A stretch of 64,000 nucleotides of DNA from Ignavibacteriales bacterium (GCA_037441705.1 JBBIRR010000002.1:60426-124425); one strand, 5' to 3'. Positions 16,613 through 27,021 are shown, counted from the first letter of the stretch. Notes: generated by a model not told the origin, from the sequence alone. Numbers and translations are program-made.

Positions 16613-17059
16613 ATGCTCTTCAGCAAGTCCTGTGAGTACGCCATGCGAGCTGTACTGTACCTGGCCTCGAGAGAAGAAGGAGGCCACCCCGTTCTTTTGC
16701 GCGAGATCTCTGACGCGCTCAACATACCGCACCACTTCCTGAACAAAGTCCTTCAGCAACTTACCCGTGACGGGATTCTCGTATCACACAAGGGGATCAC
16801 GGGTGGTTTCAACCTCGGGCGGCCCGGCTGCGAAATCAGCTTGGAGGATATTGTGAAGGCGATTGATGGCGAGCGATTTCGTGGTCGGTGTGTTCTCGGC
16901 ATTCCGGGCTGTGGTGATAGCGCGCCCTGTCCGGTTCATGCGCAGTGGGTTCACGCAAGAGAGATCATCCTGGAGATGATCGGCACTCAGTCTGTTCATC
17001 AGTTGAGCAAAGCGATTCGGGCAAAGACGGATATGATTGAGAACGAAAAGAGAGCATAG
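16613..17059 (+). CDS. Rrf2 family transcriptional regulator
   Basis: FSKSCEYAMRA..L.KVLQQL..S.KG..GGF..CVLG...C....PCPVH (Fe-S-type Cys pattern). Confidence 0.92.
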   Translation: MLFSKSCEYAMRAVLYLASREEGGHPVLLREISDALNIPHHFLNKVLQQLTRDGILVSHKGITGGFNLGRPGCEISLEDIVKAIDGERFRGRCVLGIPGCGDSAPCPVHAQWVHAREIILEMIGTQSVHQLSKAIRAKTDMIENEKRA

Positions 17060-17105
17060 TTGCTGTGGAGTATTCATTCCTGCATACCTCAACGAGAAGA
17101 GCGTT

Positions 17106-17480
17106 ATGATAAAGTCCACATCCGCATTGTATGTCAATTCTGTCAGGAACGTAGTGGTGGCGCTGATGCTGGCCAGCGCCACGGCCTCTGCGCAGGATGC
17201 CGTCTCGGACTTCCGTACCAACTGCATGAGCTGTCATACCATCGGCGGCGGAAGATTGACAGGCCATGACTTGAAGAACGTGACGCAGCGAAGAGACAAA
17301 GCCTGGCTGACGCAATTCATGGTCGACCCGAAGGCGATGATAGATGGAGGCGACCCGTATGCCGTCGAGTTGGTACGGGTGGCGCGCGGTGTGGTGATGC
17401 CCACGCTGCCGGGTATGACCAAAGCGCGCGCCGAAGCGTTGCTTGCGCTCATCGAGGAATCAACGGACGATTACGAATGA
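17106..17480 (+). CDS. Exported monoheme cytochrome c, apparently C-terminally truncated
   Basis: Signal peptide ASA/Q, CMSCH, HTIGGGRL.G.DL, distal Met in VMP; ends abruptly with an ATGA overlap on actB. Confidence 0.75.
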   Translation: MIKSTSALYVNSVRNVVVALMLASATASAQDAVSDFRTNCMSCHTIGGGRLTGHDLKNVTQRRDKAWLTQFMVDPKAMIDGGDPYAVELVRVARGVVMPTLPGMTKARAEALLALIEESTDDYE

Positions 17481-20401
17481 GCAACGAACATCAGCTTGAG
17501 GAAACATCATCGCAGGCGCTTGACCGCCGGTCGTTCCTAAAGCTTGCCGGCTTTTCTTTCGCGGGGGCAGTCGTTGCCGGATGCCGGAAGAGGAACGTAG
17601 AGAAAGCCATCCCGTTTCTGGTGCAGCCGGAGGAGGTGACGCCCGGTCGTGCCTACTGGTATGCCACGACGTGTGCGGGCTGCAATGCCGGCTGCGGCGT
17701 GATGGCAAAATGTCGAGACGGTCGGCCGATCAAGCTCGAAGGCAATCCCGCGCATCCGCTCTCCGGCGGCGGATTGTGCGCTGTCGGCCAGGCGTCGCTG
17801 CTCGGGCTGTACGATTCCCATCGCTTGAAGAACCCGCTCATCAATGGTCGCGAAGTGAGCTGGGAGCAGTTCGATGCAGAAGTACGGCGCGAACTTGCGC
17901 GCATCAAGAACGAAGCAGGCGCGGTGCGCTTCCTGACCGGGACGATCACGAGTCCCACCGCCCGTGCTGTCATCCGCCGGTTTCTCAGCGACTTCAAGGA
18001 CGCACGCCATGTTGAGTACGACGCCGTTTCCTGCTCGGCGATTCTCGATGCGCACGCGATCACGCACGGAAGACGTGTTCTGCCGCGCTATCGGTTCGAT
18101 CAAGCATCCGTCATCGTCAGTTTCGATGCGGACTTTTTGGGAAATTGGATTTCCCCTACTGAGTTCACGAAGGGATATCGCGCAGGGCGGACGCTCGAGG
18201 GAAACCCGCCACGCTGCTCGCATCATGTTCACTTCGAGCCGCGCGTCTCGCTTACGGGCAGCAACGCCGACGAGCGCATCTGTCTCTCGCCCGCCGAGAT
18301 GGAAGAATGCCTCAAGCGTCTTGCACAGCTTCTGGCTGAAGCCTCCGGCAAGACTCTTCCCACAGCGGCGTCACTCTCTCTCGATCTTGAAAGACGAGTC
18401 TCGGAGACTGCCCAACGTATCCTTCATGCGCACGGGAAAAGCATCGTCGCTTGTGGAGTGAATAGCCGGTCGCACCAGGTGTTGGTCAACGCTATCAACG
18501 AGATGGCCGGAGCATACGGGCGGACGATAGACATTCAGCAGCCGTCCTATCAATACAATGGAGACGACGCGGAGCTGATTCGGGTTGTGGATGATGTACA
18601 CGCCGGGCGCGTTGCGGCGCTCTTTATCGCCGGAGCGAACCCCGTCTATGATCTGCCCGATGGCGACGCGCTCGCCGCAAGCTTCAAGAAGATCCCGCTG
18701 CTGATAAGCTTTGCCGATCGTGTGGATGAAACTGCAAGCGCAGCCCGGTATGTCTGTCCGCAGCCGCATGCGTTGGAAGCGTGGACGGACTATGAAGTCG
18801 TAGACGGCCTTGTTGCCGTCGGGCAGCCGACGATCCCGCCGCTGATGAATACGCGCCATCTGATCGAAACCCTCAGCGCGTGGATGGGCACGACAGAGTC
18901 CGCACTCGATCTCATTCGTCGTGAGTGGGAACGAACAATCTTCAAGCGCCAATCGCAGGAACGTTCATTCGATGCGTTCTGGAACGCGACGTTGGAGCGA
19001 GGCTTTGCCGAAGTGCAACCGACGCGAGCTGCGGCACCCGCCTTCCGCTATGCTTCAGTTGGTGAGGCTCTCGCAGCGAACGAACAGCACACGGCCGCGC
19101 AATCCGGGTTGACGCTTCTTCTCTATCCGTCATTTTCAATGTTGGATGGGCGGCATGCACACAATCCCTGGCTGCACGAACTCCCCGATCCGATTACCAA
19201 GGTGGTGTGGGACAACACGGTTTCGCTTTCGCGCAACGCAGCTCATCGCTTTGGGATCGAAGAGGGGGACATTGTCCGCATCCAGCTCGACGGGAGAACG
19301 CTCGATCTTCCTGCGGTCATCCAGCCGGGCCAGCACGACTCGGTTGTGGTTGTATCGCTCGGCTACGGTCGAAAGGGTACCGAACGTTTTACTGATGTCG
19401 GCCCATCGTGGCTTCAGGCAAAGCCGACGGTTCAACCGGGAGAGAGAGTCGGAAAGAATGCCGCGCCGTTCCTACGCTTCGCGCACGGTACGCTGACGTA
19501 CATGGCCGGGGGAGTCGCGCTGCAGGTAACGGGCGCGAAGGGTTTTCTCGCGAAGACGCAGGAGTACAACCTGCTCACCGATCCGCAGCTTCTCGGCACA
19601 CGCTCGATCACCCGACCGATCGTCCAGCAGACGACACTCGAAGCGTACACGCGGGACCGAGCCGCAGGCAGCTTCCACAAAGAGCAGCTCGATTCGATGT
19701 GGCCCGACGACCATAAGTACACGGGATATCATTGGGGGATGGTGATTGATCTGAACGCGTGCACAGGGTGTTCGGCATGCGTGATTGCCTGTCAGGCGGA
19801 GAACAACATTCCGGTTGTGGGGAAGGACGAAGTTCGCCGCAACAGAGAGATGGCGTGGATTCGTATCGATCGCTACTACGCAGACGAAGGGGAGAACTTT
19901 GCTGTCGTTCAGCAACCGGTGCTGTGCCAGCACTGTGCGCACGCGCCGTGCGAGACGGTCTGCCCGGTGCTGGCAACAGTTCACAACGAAGAAGGATTGA
20001 ACCAGCAGATCTACAACCGATGTGTCGGAACGCGCTATTGTGCCAACAACTGTCCCTACAAGGTCCGACGATTCAATTGGTTCCAGTACCGCCACGGGGA
20101 CGAGATACACAAGATGGTGCTCAACCCCGACGTCACGCCGCTGGTATCCGTGCCGGCATTCGTGCCTGTAACATTCGAGGTGATGGTGCTCTTTGCAGGC
20201 GTCGGCACGGTGCTGACGTTTCTTCTGCGCAGCAAACTCTTTCCGGGCAAGAAACCTCGCGTCGTGTATGAGGGAGTAACGGACGATCGTTTTGTCCTTG
20301 TTCTTGCCGAGTCGGATGCGTCATTTGATCTGCAGAAGGTGAAAGAGATGTTTCGTCCGTTCCATCCGCTGCACATGGAAGAGCATCTGGATACGGCTTG
20401 A
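17477..20401 (+). CDS. actB: Alternative complex III ActB (molybdopterin-oxidoreductase-like plus Fe-S domain) fused in frame to the C-terminal part of ActD (DUF3341)
   Basis: Tat motif RRSFLK, GRPIKLEGNP.HP, NPWL.ELPDPITK..WDN, CTGCSACVIAC.AENN, CQHC..APCE.VCP, NRCVGTRYCANNCPYK. After NPDVT the sequence switches to PAFVPVTFE...TDDRF (ActD-like). Confidence 0.8.
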   Translation: MSNEHQLEETSSQALDRRSFLKLAGFSFAGAVVAGCRKRNVEKAIPFLVQPEEVTPGRAYWYATTCAGCNAGCGVMAKCRDGRPIKLEGNPAHPLSGGGLCAVGQASLLGLYDSHRLKNPLINGREVSWEQFDAEVRRELARIKNEAGAVRFLTGTITSPTARAVIRRFLSDFKDARHVEYDAVSCSAILDAHAITHGRRVLPRYRFDQASVIVSFDADFLGNWISPTEFTKGYRAGRTLEGNPPRCSHHVHFEPRVSLTGSNADERICLSPAEMEECLKRLAQLLAEASGKTLPTAASLSLDLERRVSETAQRILHAHGKSIVACGVNSRSHQVLVNAINEMAGAYGRTIDIQQPSYQYNGDDAELIRVVDDVHAGRVAALFIAGANPVYDLPDGDALAASFKKIPLLISFADRVDETASAARYVCPQPHALEAWTDYEVVDGLVAVGQPTIPPLMNTRHLIETLSAWMGTTESALDLIRREWERTIFKRQSQERSFDAFWNATLERGFAEVQPTRAAAPAFRYASVGEALAANEQHTAAQSGLTLLLYPSFSMLDGRHAHNPWLHELPDPITKVVWDNTVSLSRNAAHRFGIEEGDIVRIQLDGRTLDLPAVIQPGQHDSVVVVSLGYGRKGTERFTDVGPSWLQAKPTVQPGERVGKNAAPFLRFAHGTLTYMAGGVALQVTGAKGFLAKTQEYNLLTDPQLLGTRSITRPIVQQTTLEAYTRDRAAGSFHKEQLDSMWPDDHKYTGYHWGMVIDLNACTGCSACVIACQAENNIPVVGKDEVRRNREMAWIRIDRYYADEGENFAVVQQPVLCQHCAHAPCETVCPVLATVHNEEGLNQQIYNRCVGTRYCANNCPYKVRRFNWFQYRHGDEIHKMVLNPDVTPLVSVPAFVPVTFEVMVLFAGVGTVLTFLLRSKLFPGKKPRVVYEGVTDDRFVLVLAESDASFDLQKVKEMFRPFHPLHMEEHLDTA

Positions 20402-21003
20402 TGCGGAGACAGCCCATGGCTATTAGAGTCCTGAATATTCTGCTGCTTGTTTTGCTTGTTGTGATGATGGGCGTGATCTTCTTTGTGCGGCGCGACTACA
20501 CGACACGCAACGTTGAGTTGCTGCCCGGCATGGTGAGCTACGTCGCCTACCGGCCGCAAGCCCCAACCCCGCTCTCTGTCGATCGTTCGCCGATCGTCGA
20601 AGGCACGGTGGTGCATGGATTCGAGCGTTTTCCGTACCGGGCCACGCCCGAGGATGCCGCGCGTGCGGGACTGGAGCTGAGCAGTCCGCTGCATCCGAAG
20701 GACAGCACGGCCGATCGGCAGCGCGGCGCCGAGGTCTTCGCAACTATGTGCAAGCCATGTCATGGCGCCGGAGGAGCAGGCGATGGGACCGTTGCCCAGC
20801 GCGGCTTCCCGCCGCCGCCGTCACTGCTCGCCGACAATGCGCGCAAGATAAAGGATGGGCAAATCTACCACATTATCACTCTCGGTCAACGAAACATGCC
20901 GGGCCTGGCGGCGCAGGTTACGCGTTTAGACCGATGGCGTGTGATCGAGTACGTTCGGTCTCTGCAGCGGCAGTCAATTCCGACGGCGGGAGGGTCGCGA
21001 TGA
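20401..21003 (+). CDS. actE: ACIII monoheme cytochrome c subunit
   Basis: GTV...NP-like region, CKPCHG..G.GDG.V..RGFPPPP.L, DG.IYH.IT.G..NMP..RW....YVR.LQ. Confidence 0.8.
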   Translation: MRRQPMAIRVLNILLLVLLVVMMGVIFFVRRDYTTRNVELLPGMVSYVAYRPQAPTPLSVDRSPIVEGTVVHGFERFPYRATPEDAARAGLELSSPLHPKDSTADRQRGAEVFATMCKPCHGAGGAGDGTVAQRGFPPPPSLLADNARKIKDGQIYHIITLGQRNMPGLAAQVTRLDRWRVIEYVRSLQRQSIPTAGGSR

Positions 21004-22184
21004 ATACCAACAATCACACACCCCGCACGTTCAGGATGTCCGATCGCATGCAAAAAAACTTGCTGATGCTGCTTCTGCTGGGCGGTGCCGTCACACTTGC
21101 CGGTCTTGTGCTGGCGCCGGAGCGTACGTGGCCCAATGTGTTGCTTGCCAATTACTATCTGATGAGCTTAGGACTCGCGGCGGCAATCTTCATTGCCCTG
21201 CTCTACGTCTCCAACGCCGGCTGGGCAACGGGGATTCGACGTGTGCCGGAAGCGATGACCGCCGTGCTTCTGGTTTCTGCAATCGTCATGCTCGCGCTCT
21301 TGTTCGGTATTCACGTGCTGTACGAGTGGAGTCATGAGACAGCGGTGGCGCACGATCGCATTCTGCAGGCGAAGGCGGGGTGGCTGAACACTCCCTTTTT
21401 CATCGGCCGCACGATCGCCTACCTTGCTCTATGGCTGGCGCTGGCGTACCGCATCGTCCGCCTCTTGCGCCGGCAGGATGAGGATGGAAGCGTTGAATAT
21501 ACCCTTACCAACAGAAAACTCTCCGCGTTCTTCCTCGTCGTGTTTGCACTCACGTTCACGCTTGCCAGCATGGATTGGATCATGTCGCTTCAGCCGCATT
21601 GGTACAGCACCATCTTCGGCATTTACAATTTCAGCGGATTGTTCCTGAACGGCATCGCGACCATCACCGTCCTGGTTATTCTTCTTCGGCGGTGGGGTCC
21701 TCTGGCGCACGTGGTCTCCGACGCGCATCTGCATGATCTCGGCAAACTTGTCTTCGCCTTCAGCACATTCTGGATGTACATCTGGTTCAGTCAGTACATT
21801 CTGATCTGGTATGCCAACATCCCCGAAGAAGTTCGCTTCTACACCGCCCGCGAGGAAGGAGGCTGGCTGGTCTTCTCCATTGTCAATGTGGTGTTCAACT
21901 GGGTGATTCCCTTCATTACCTTACTTCCTGTCTGGGCGAAGAAGAACGAGGGCCTGCTGCTGCGGGTTTGTATCATCGTCATGCTCGGGCACTGGATTGA
22001 CCTGTTCTGGATGATTCTTCCGCCGTTCATGAAAGGAAATCCGCGCGTGTTCGTGTGGGAGATTGCCCCCATGGCGGCGATGCTGGCCGGGTTCTTCCTT
22101 CTTACCTTCAAGGCTCTTGCGAAGCATCGCCTTGTGCCCGTGAGCGACCCGTACCTGGCGGAAAGTCTCTCCGTCCATCAGTAG
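21000..22184 (+). CDS. actF: ACIII membrane subunit F
   Basis: RRVPEA, YEWSH, K..WLN.PFF, DWIMSL.PHWYSTIFG, HLHDLGK, SQYILIWYANIPEE. Confidence 0.88.
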   Translation: MNTNNHTPRTFRMSDRMQKNLLMLLLLGGAVTLAGLVLAPERTWPNVLLANYYLMSLGLAAAIFIALLYVSNAGWATGIRRVPEAMTAVLLVSAIVMLALLFGIHVLYEWSHETAVAHDRILQAKAGWLNTPFFIGRTIAYLALWLALAYRIVRLLRRQDEDGSVEYTLTNRKLSAFFLVVFALTFTLASMDWIMSLQPHWYSTIFGIYNFSGLFLNGIATITVLVILLRRWGPLAHVVSDAHLHDLGKLVFAFSTFWMYIWFSQYILIWYANIPEEVRFYTAREEGGWLVFSIVNVVFNWVIPFITLLPVWAKKNEGLLLRVCIIVMLGHWIDLFWMILPPFMKGNPRVFVWEIAPMAAMLAGFFLLTFKALAKHRLVPVSDPYLAESLSVHQ

Positions 22185-22247
22185 GAACGAAGTCTCCGCC
22201 TGCTCATGTCATGGATGCTCGGATGCCACCCCGAGCGGAAGCGTTGA

Positions 22248-22276
22248 TTGACTTTTCTGCAGCCTTTTGGTAATTT
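22248..22276 (+). promoter_or_regulatory. sigma70-like promoter for the psd operon
   Basis: TTGACT-17 nt-TAATTT. Confidence 0.55.
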
Positions 22277-22319
22277 GATTGCGGTTTTTCCGAGTGTGCT
22301 CTCTTAGAAAAGGAATCCG

Positions 22320-22973
22320 TTGGCGATTACCAAATACGGCTATGATGTTGTGCTGGTCGTCCTCCTTCTTGCCCTTGCGGGCGCGTTCCTCAGCTGGCAT
22401 TTCATAGAAGGCAAGCCGCTGAGGTTCGGACTTCTCGGCCTGCTGCTTGCCGTGGTCGTGTTCACAGTGAATTTTTTTCGTGATCCCGAGCGAGTCATAC
22501 CGCAGGACGACAGGCTCATCCTCGCGCCGGCCGATGGTAAGGTCGTGCTGATTCAAGAAGTGAAGGAAGACGAATACCTCGGCACGGATGCCGTTCAGGT
22601 TTCCATCTTCATGTCACCCCTCGATGTCCACGTCAACCGCTATCCGATTTCTGGCAGGGTGGGCTATTTCAAATACTTCCCGGGCGAGTACCTTGTTGCG
22701 TACGAGGAGAAGGCGTCGCTGCGAAACGAACGGACACACATCGGCATTGAGAATGGAACATGCAAAGTCCTCTTCAAGCAAATAGCCGGATTTGTTGCGC
22801 GCAGAATTGTCGCCCCCATACAGGTCGGCGACGTCGCACAGGCAGGTGAGCGGTTTGGCATGATTCGGTTCGGTTCACGGGTTGACGTGCTGATGCCAAA
22901 ATCCGTGGTGGTTAAAGTGAAAGTCGGCGACAGAACGGTGGCGGGGGAAACAGTCTTGGCGGTGATAGCTTGA
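22320..22973 (+). CDS. psd: Phosphatidylserine decarboxylase proenzyme (short type)
   Basis: FFRDPER, PADGKV, IFMSP.DVHVNR, FGSRVD self-cleavage site. Confidence 0.93.
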   Translation: MAITKYGYDVVLVVLLLALAGAFLSWHFIEGKPLRFGLLGLLLAVVVFTVNFFRDPERVIPQDDRLILAPADGKVVLIQEVKEDEYLGTDAVQVSIFMSPLDVHVNRYPISGRVGYFKYFPGEYLVAYEEKASLRNERTHIGIENGTCKVLFKQIAGFVARRIVAPIQVGDVAQAGERFGMIRFGSRVDVLMPKSVVVKVKVGDRTVAGETVLAVIA

Positions 22974-23004
22974 CCATGTCCACCATCTTGATGATGAGAA
23001 AGCC

Positions 23005-23784
23005 ATGAGAATCACGCGAGCAGTTGTTCCGAGCCTCTTTACCGTCCTGAACATGTTCTGTGGATTCAATTCCATCCTGTATGCATCCAAAGGATGGTTC
23101 GAGGGGGCGGCGTGGCTTATTTTTCTGGCGGCCGCCTTCGACGCGTTGGACGGCATTATGGCACGCTTGACCCGATCGTCGTCGGAGTTCGGCGTACAGA
23201 TTGACTCCCTGTCCGACGTTGTTTCCTTCGGGGCCGCGCCGGCCTATCTGGTGTACCAGATGCACCTCTTCTCGCTTGATACGGTCGGCATTCTTATCAG
23301 CTCGTCGCTGCTGGTGTTTGGCGGTCTGCGCCTTGCGCGGTTCAACACGCAGCTTGTCGGGTTCGACAAGGATCACTTTGTGGGATTGCCGATCCCCGTC
23401 AGTGCCCTCACCGTTGCCGCGTATGTCCTCAAGTACGGCAAAGAGAATCCCCTCACCGGTGGGTACGAGCTGGACCATGCCGCGGCCGACATCTTGCCCT
23501 GGGTCTGCGTTCTGCTCTCTCTGCTTATGGTCAGTAAGGTGAAGTACGATACGCTGCCGCGTATCAACCGCCGCGCGATCAAACGCGAGCCATGGAAATT
23601 CGTGTTCGCAGTTCTTGCCGTCATTGTGATCGTTGTAACGAGCGGCGATGCGCTTCTGCCGCTCTTCGGTCTGTTCATCTTTCTCGGCATCGTTCGATAT
23701 GTAGGCAGCACCATCAAGCGATGGATGCATCACCAGCAGCGCATCGAAGAGGAAGAAGCCGCAGAACCATCGGTGGATGCATGA
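23005..23784 (+). CDS. pssA: CDP-diacylglycerol--serine O-phosphatidyltransferase
   Basis: D.LDG..AR....SEFG..DSL.D..SFG.AP, RLARFN. Confidence 0.93.
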   Translation: MRITRAVVPSLFTVLNMFCGFNSILYASKGWFEGAAWLIFLAAAFDALDGIMARLTRSSSEFGVQIDSLSDVVSFGAAPAYLVYQMHLFSLDTVGILISSSLLVFGGLRLARFNTQLVGFDKDHFVGLPIPVSALTVAAYVLKYGKENPLTGGYELDHAAADILPWVCVLLSLLMVSKVKYDTLPRINRRAIKREPWKFVFAVLAVIVIVVTSGDALLPLFGLFIFLGIVRYVGSTIKRWMHHQQRIEEEEAAEPSVDA

Positions 23785-24050
23785 AGGCCATGTATCTGTC
23801 GAAGATCCGCGTCACCCTTCGTCCATCTATCCTCGATCCTCAGGGCAAAGCGGTGGAACACGCGATCAGCTCGCTGGGTGTCGGCAATATTCAGGATGTA
23901 CGGATCGGAAAATATATTGAAATGAAGGTGAACGCAGCGGACGAGGCGGCGGCACGAACAGCAACAGAGGAGGTATGCCGCAAGCTGTTAGCAAATCCCG
24001 TGATGGAAGATTATCATTTTGAAGTAGAGAAATTGCAGGCAGCGGAATGA
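23781..24050 (+). CDS. purS: FGAM synthase subunit PurS
   Basis: [23 protein letters not shown]. Confidence 0.95.
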   Translation: MKAMYLSKIRVTLRPSILDPQGKAVEHAISSLGVGNIQDVRIGKYIEMKVNAADEAAARTATEEVCRKLLANPVMEDYHFEVEKLQAAE

Positions 24051-24808
24051 CCCGACGAGGGAACGCAGAAGCCAGCGTCAAATTCGGCATCGTCGTCTTT
24101 CCCGGTTCCAACTGCGATCACGACGCGTATCACGTGTGCAAGCACGTGATGAAGCAGGACGCCGTGTTTTTATGGCATAAAGATGCAGATCTGAAGGGTG
24201 TGGATGTCGTGATTCTGCCGGGAGGTTTTTCCTACGGCGACTATCTTCGCTGCGGCGCAATCGCTCGCTTTTCACCCATTATGAAAGAGGTGATTCGCTT
24301 TGCGAACGAGGGCGGAACGGTTCTCGGCATCTGTAACGGTTTCCAGATTCTCGTCGAAGCGGGATTGCTGCCGGGCGTCCTGTTGAAAAATGCATCGCTG
24401 CGGTTCGTGTGCAAGTTCGTGCATCTGCGCGTCGAGAATGATACAACCCGCTTCACCAATCGGACCGTGCGGGGAGAGGTCTTGCACATTCCCATCGCGC
24501 ATGGCGACGGGAATTATTTTACCGACCCCGAGACGCTGGCACGCCTCGAGAGCAATAATCAGATAATTTTCCGATATTGTACCCCGGAGGGAGAGGTTAC
24601 CGAGGAGGCAAACCCGAATGGTTCGCTTGCCAACATTGCCGGCATTATCAACGCCACGGGCAATGTTCTGGGTATGATGCCGCACCCCGAGCGAGCCGCT
24701 GATCCTCTTCTGCGGCACACGGACGGGCAAAAGATCTTTAAGTCACTGATTGACCACTTTGTGCCGGGCGAGCACGCCTTTGCTGAGACCGGCGCGGAAA
24801 GGAGATGA
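24047..24808 (+). CDS. purQ: FGAM synthase subunit PurQ
   Basis: [32 protein letters not shown]. Confidence 0.96.
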   Translation: MTRRGNAEASVKFGIVVFPGSNCDHDAYHVCKHVMKQDAVFLWHKDADLKGVDVVILPGGFSYGDYLRCGAIARFSPIMKEVIRFANEGGTVLGICNGFQILVEAGLLPGVLLKNASLRFVCKFVHLRVENDTTRFTNRTVRGEVLHIPIAHGDGNYFTDPETLARLESNNQIIFRYCTPEGEVTEEANPNGSLANIAGIINATGNVLGMMPHPERAADPLLRHTDGQKIFKSLIDHFVPGEHAFAETGAERR

Positions 24809-24812
24809 TACG

Positions 24813-25007
24813 ATGGGCAACTTAGGCGCGACCGAAATCATCCTGATCGTTCTGGTGATACTCGTGTTCTTTGGCGCGAAGAAAATTCCCGACCTGGCGC
24901 GCGGACTCGGACAGGGGATTCGCGAGTTCAAGAAAGCCACCAAGGAAGTTTCCGACGGCGTAGAAGAAGAAGTCAAGAAGCTTGATGAAACTGTGAAGAA
25001 ATCGTAA
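24813..25007 (+). CDS. tatA: Twin-arginine translocase TatA/E
   Basis: G.TEI..I....[22 protein letters not shown]. Confidence 0.92.
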   Translation: MGNLGATEIILIVLVILVFFGAKKIPDLARGLGQGIREFKKATKEVSDGVEEEVKKLDETVKKS

Positions 25008-25028
25008 ACAAGGGTGGGAAGGCAAGCC

Positions 25029-25214
25029 ATGTTTGAAAACATCGGCGGCACGGAGCTGTTAGTCATTCTGCTGGTGGTGTTCATCTTTTTCGGACCGAAG
25101 AAACTGCCGGAGATCGGAAGAAGTCTCGGTCGAAGTATCGTCGAGTTTCGCAAAGCAATGCGCGGCATCCAGTCCGATATCGAAAACGCGACAAAGCCGG
25201 AAAAGAAACCGTAG
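25029..25214 (+). CDS. Twin-arginine translocase TatA/B family subunit
   Basis: IGGTELLVI....FFGPKKLPEIGRSLG. Confidence 0.9.
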   Translation: MFENIGGTELLVILLVVFIFFGPKKLPEIGRSLGRSIVEFRKAMRGIQSDIENATKPEKKP

Positions 25215-25329
25215 CCGACTCCTGGTAGGCACCTGAATCAACGGACGAGGCTCCCGGCCATCGTCCGGAGTGCGAGCGAAGAATCTTCGTGCGGGTCCTC
25301 CGAACCTTCCCCCATAACCTCAGATCCGA

Positions 25330-26760
25330 TTGGCTGAACGTACAACCTTCAACATAACCCTGGAGAACCTCAGGACAGGGGCAACGACGGTCGAACACAC
25401 TACCGAACTGTTTCTCGCCGCCATTGAACAGAAGAAACGCCTGAACGCGTTTCTTTCTGTTTTTGCCGACGAGGCTCTTGAACGCGCGCGGGTGATTGAC
25501 AGGAAGCGCGCCGCCGGCACAGCAGGTCCGCTTGCCGGAATGATCCTTGCTGTGAAGGACAATATCTGCATCAAGAACCATCCGGTAACGTGCGGCTCAC
25601 GCATCTTGCAGAACTTCACCTCCGTGTACGATGCGACGGTGATTAGACGCCTGCTCGACGCCGATGCGGTTATCATCGGCACGACGAACATGGACGAGTT
25701 TGGCATGGGATCGTCAACCGAAAACTCGGCATTCGGTCCGGTTCGTCATCCTTTTGATGAAATGAAAGTGCCGGGTGGTTCCAGCGGAGGCTCGGCGGTT
25801 GCGGTCGCGGCCGGCATGGCGCACGCGGCGCTCGGCTCCGATACGGGCGGCTCCATCCGCCAGCCCGCGTCCTTCTGCGGCATTGTGGGCCTGAAGCCGA
25901 CCTACGGGCGCGTGTCGCGGTATGGACTTGTTGCTCTTGCATCCTCCTTCGACCAGATCGGTCCGTTAGCGCACTGCGCTGCAGATGCTGCACACGTCCT
26001 GAACGTCATCGCCGGCCACGATCCGATGGACTCCACCTCTGCCGATGTGCCCGTACCCGACTATCTCTCGTTTCTCACCGGCGATGTGAGGGGAGTGAGG
26101 ATCGGCCTGCCGAAGGAAAGTCTTGGCCAGGGACTGCATGACGATGTACGCGCGGCCGTCGAGCGGTGCTGCGACATGCTGCGAGAGGGTGGAGCTGAGC
26201 TCGTGGATGTGAGTCTTCCGCATTCGGAGTACACCATTTCGACCTACTACATTCTCATGACGGCAGAGGCCTCGTCGAATCTTGCACGATACGATGGTGC
26301 TCGCTACGGCTATCGTGCTTCCGCTGTGCGTGACCTGAACGACATGTACGTACGCTCGCGCAGCGAAGGCTTCGGCGTGGAAGTAAAACGTCGCATCATG
26401 CTCGGAACGTACGTCCTGTCTGCCGGCTATTACGAAGCCTACTATCGCAAAGCGCAGAAAGTCAGGCGCCTGATTCAGCGCGATTTTCTCGACGCGTTTG
26501 CCCGGGTCGACTGCATGCTCATGCCCACCGCACCCACGACGGCATTTACGCTGGGTGAAAAGATTGATGATCCGCTGGCGATGTATCTATCGGATATCTA
26601 TACGGTATCGGCGAATCTTGCGGGCATTCCGGCCATTAGTGTGCCGTGCGACAGCGATCGCAACGGATTACCGATCGGCGTGCAGATTTTAGGGAAACCG
26701 TTTGATGAAGGCATGATCCTGCAAGTGGCGTCGTACCTGGAAGCAAGGAACCGCGCATAG
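25330..26760 (+). CDS. gatA: Asp/Glu-tRNA amidotransferase subunit A
   Basis: [53 protein letters not shown]. Confidence 0.96.
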   Translation: MAERTTFNITLENLRTGATTVEHTTELFLAAIEQKKRLNAFLSVFADEALERARVIDRKRAAGTAGPLAGMILAVKDNICIKNHPVTCGSRILQNFTSVYDATVIRRLLDADAVIIGTTNMDEFGMGSSTENSAFGPVRHPFDEMKVPGGSSGGSAVAVAAGMAHAALGSDTGGSIRQPASFCGIVGLKPTYGRVSRYGLVALASSFDQIGPLAHCAADAAHVLNVIAGHDPMDSTSADVPVPDYLSFLTGDVRGVRIGLPKESLGQGLHDDVRAAVERCCDMLREGGAELVDVSLPHSEYTISTYYILMTAEASSNLARYDGARYGYRASAVRDLNDMYVRSRSEGFGVEVKRRIMLGTYVLSAGYYEAYYRKAQKVRRLIQRDFLDAFARVDCMLMPTAPTTAFTLGEKIDDPLAMYLSDIYTVSANLAGIPAISVPCDSDRNGLPIGVQILGKPFDEGMILQVASYLEARNRA

Positions 26761-26818
26761 CTGTGTCATCGTGGGGCAACAGACAGATACACTGGTCCAG
26801 AATTGTTCAACGAGCTGA

Positions 26819-26950
26819 ACAATAAATACCGTTACGAATGCTCTGCTCGGTGTGAACCTTGCGCGACGAACGTTCGAAGAAACCTGCACGCAGTGCCACA
26901 GCACGAGGAACGTGGAGCGCACGCCTCCTGCATCGGTCGACGAAAGCTAA
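26819..26950 (+). pseudogene. Remnant of a c-type cytochrome gene
   Basis: A frame with no convincing start translates to ...LARRTFEETCTQCHSTRNVERTPP..* (CxxCH at 26885-26899). Confidence 0.45.
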
Positions 26951-27021
26951 CCCGAGTCGTTCGTTTCAAATCCAGCATCCAGAAATCAAAATCCTGAATT
27001 AACCACAAGAGGGAAACAAGC

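Noticed and set aside
24813-25214. Two tatA-like genes without tatC
   Set aside because: Split tat loci are common; tatC is probably elsewhere in the genome.
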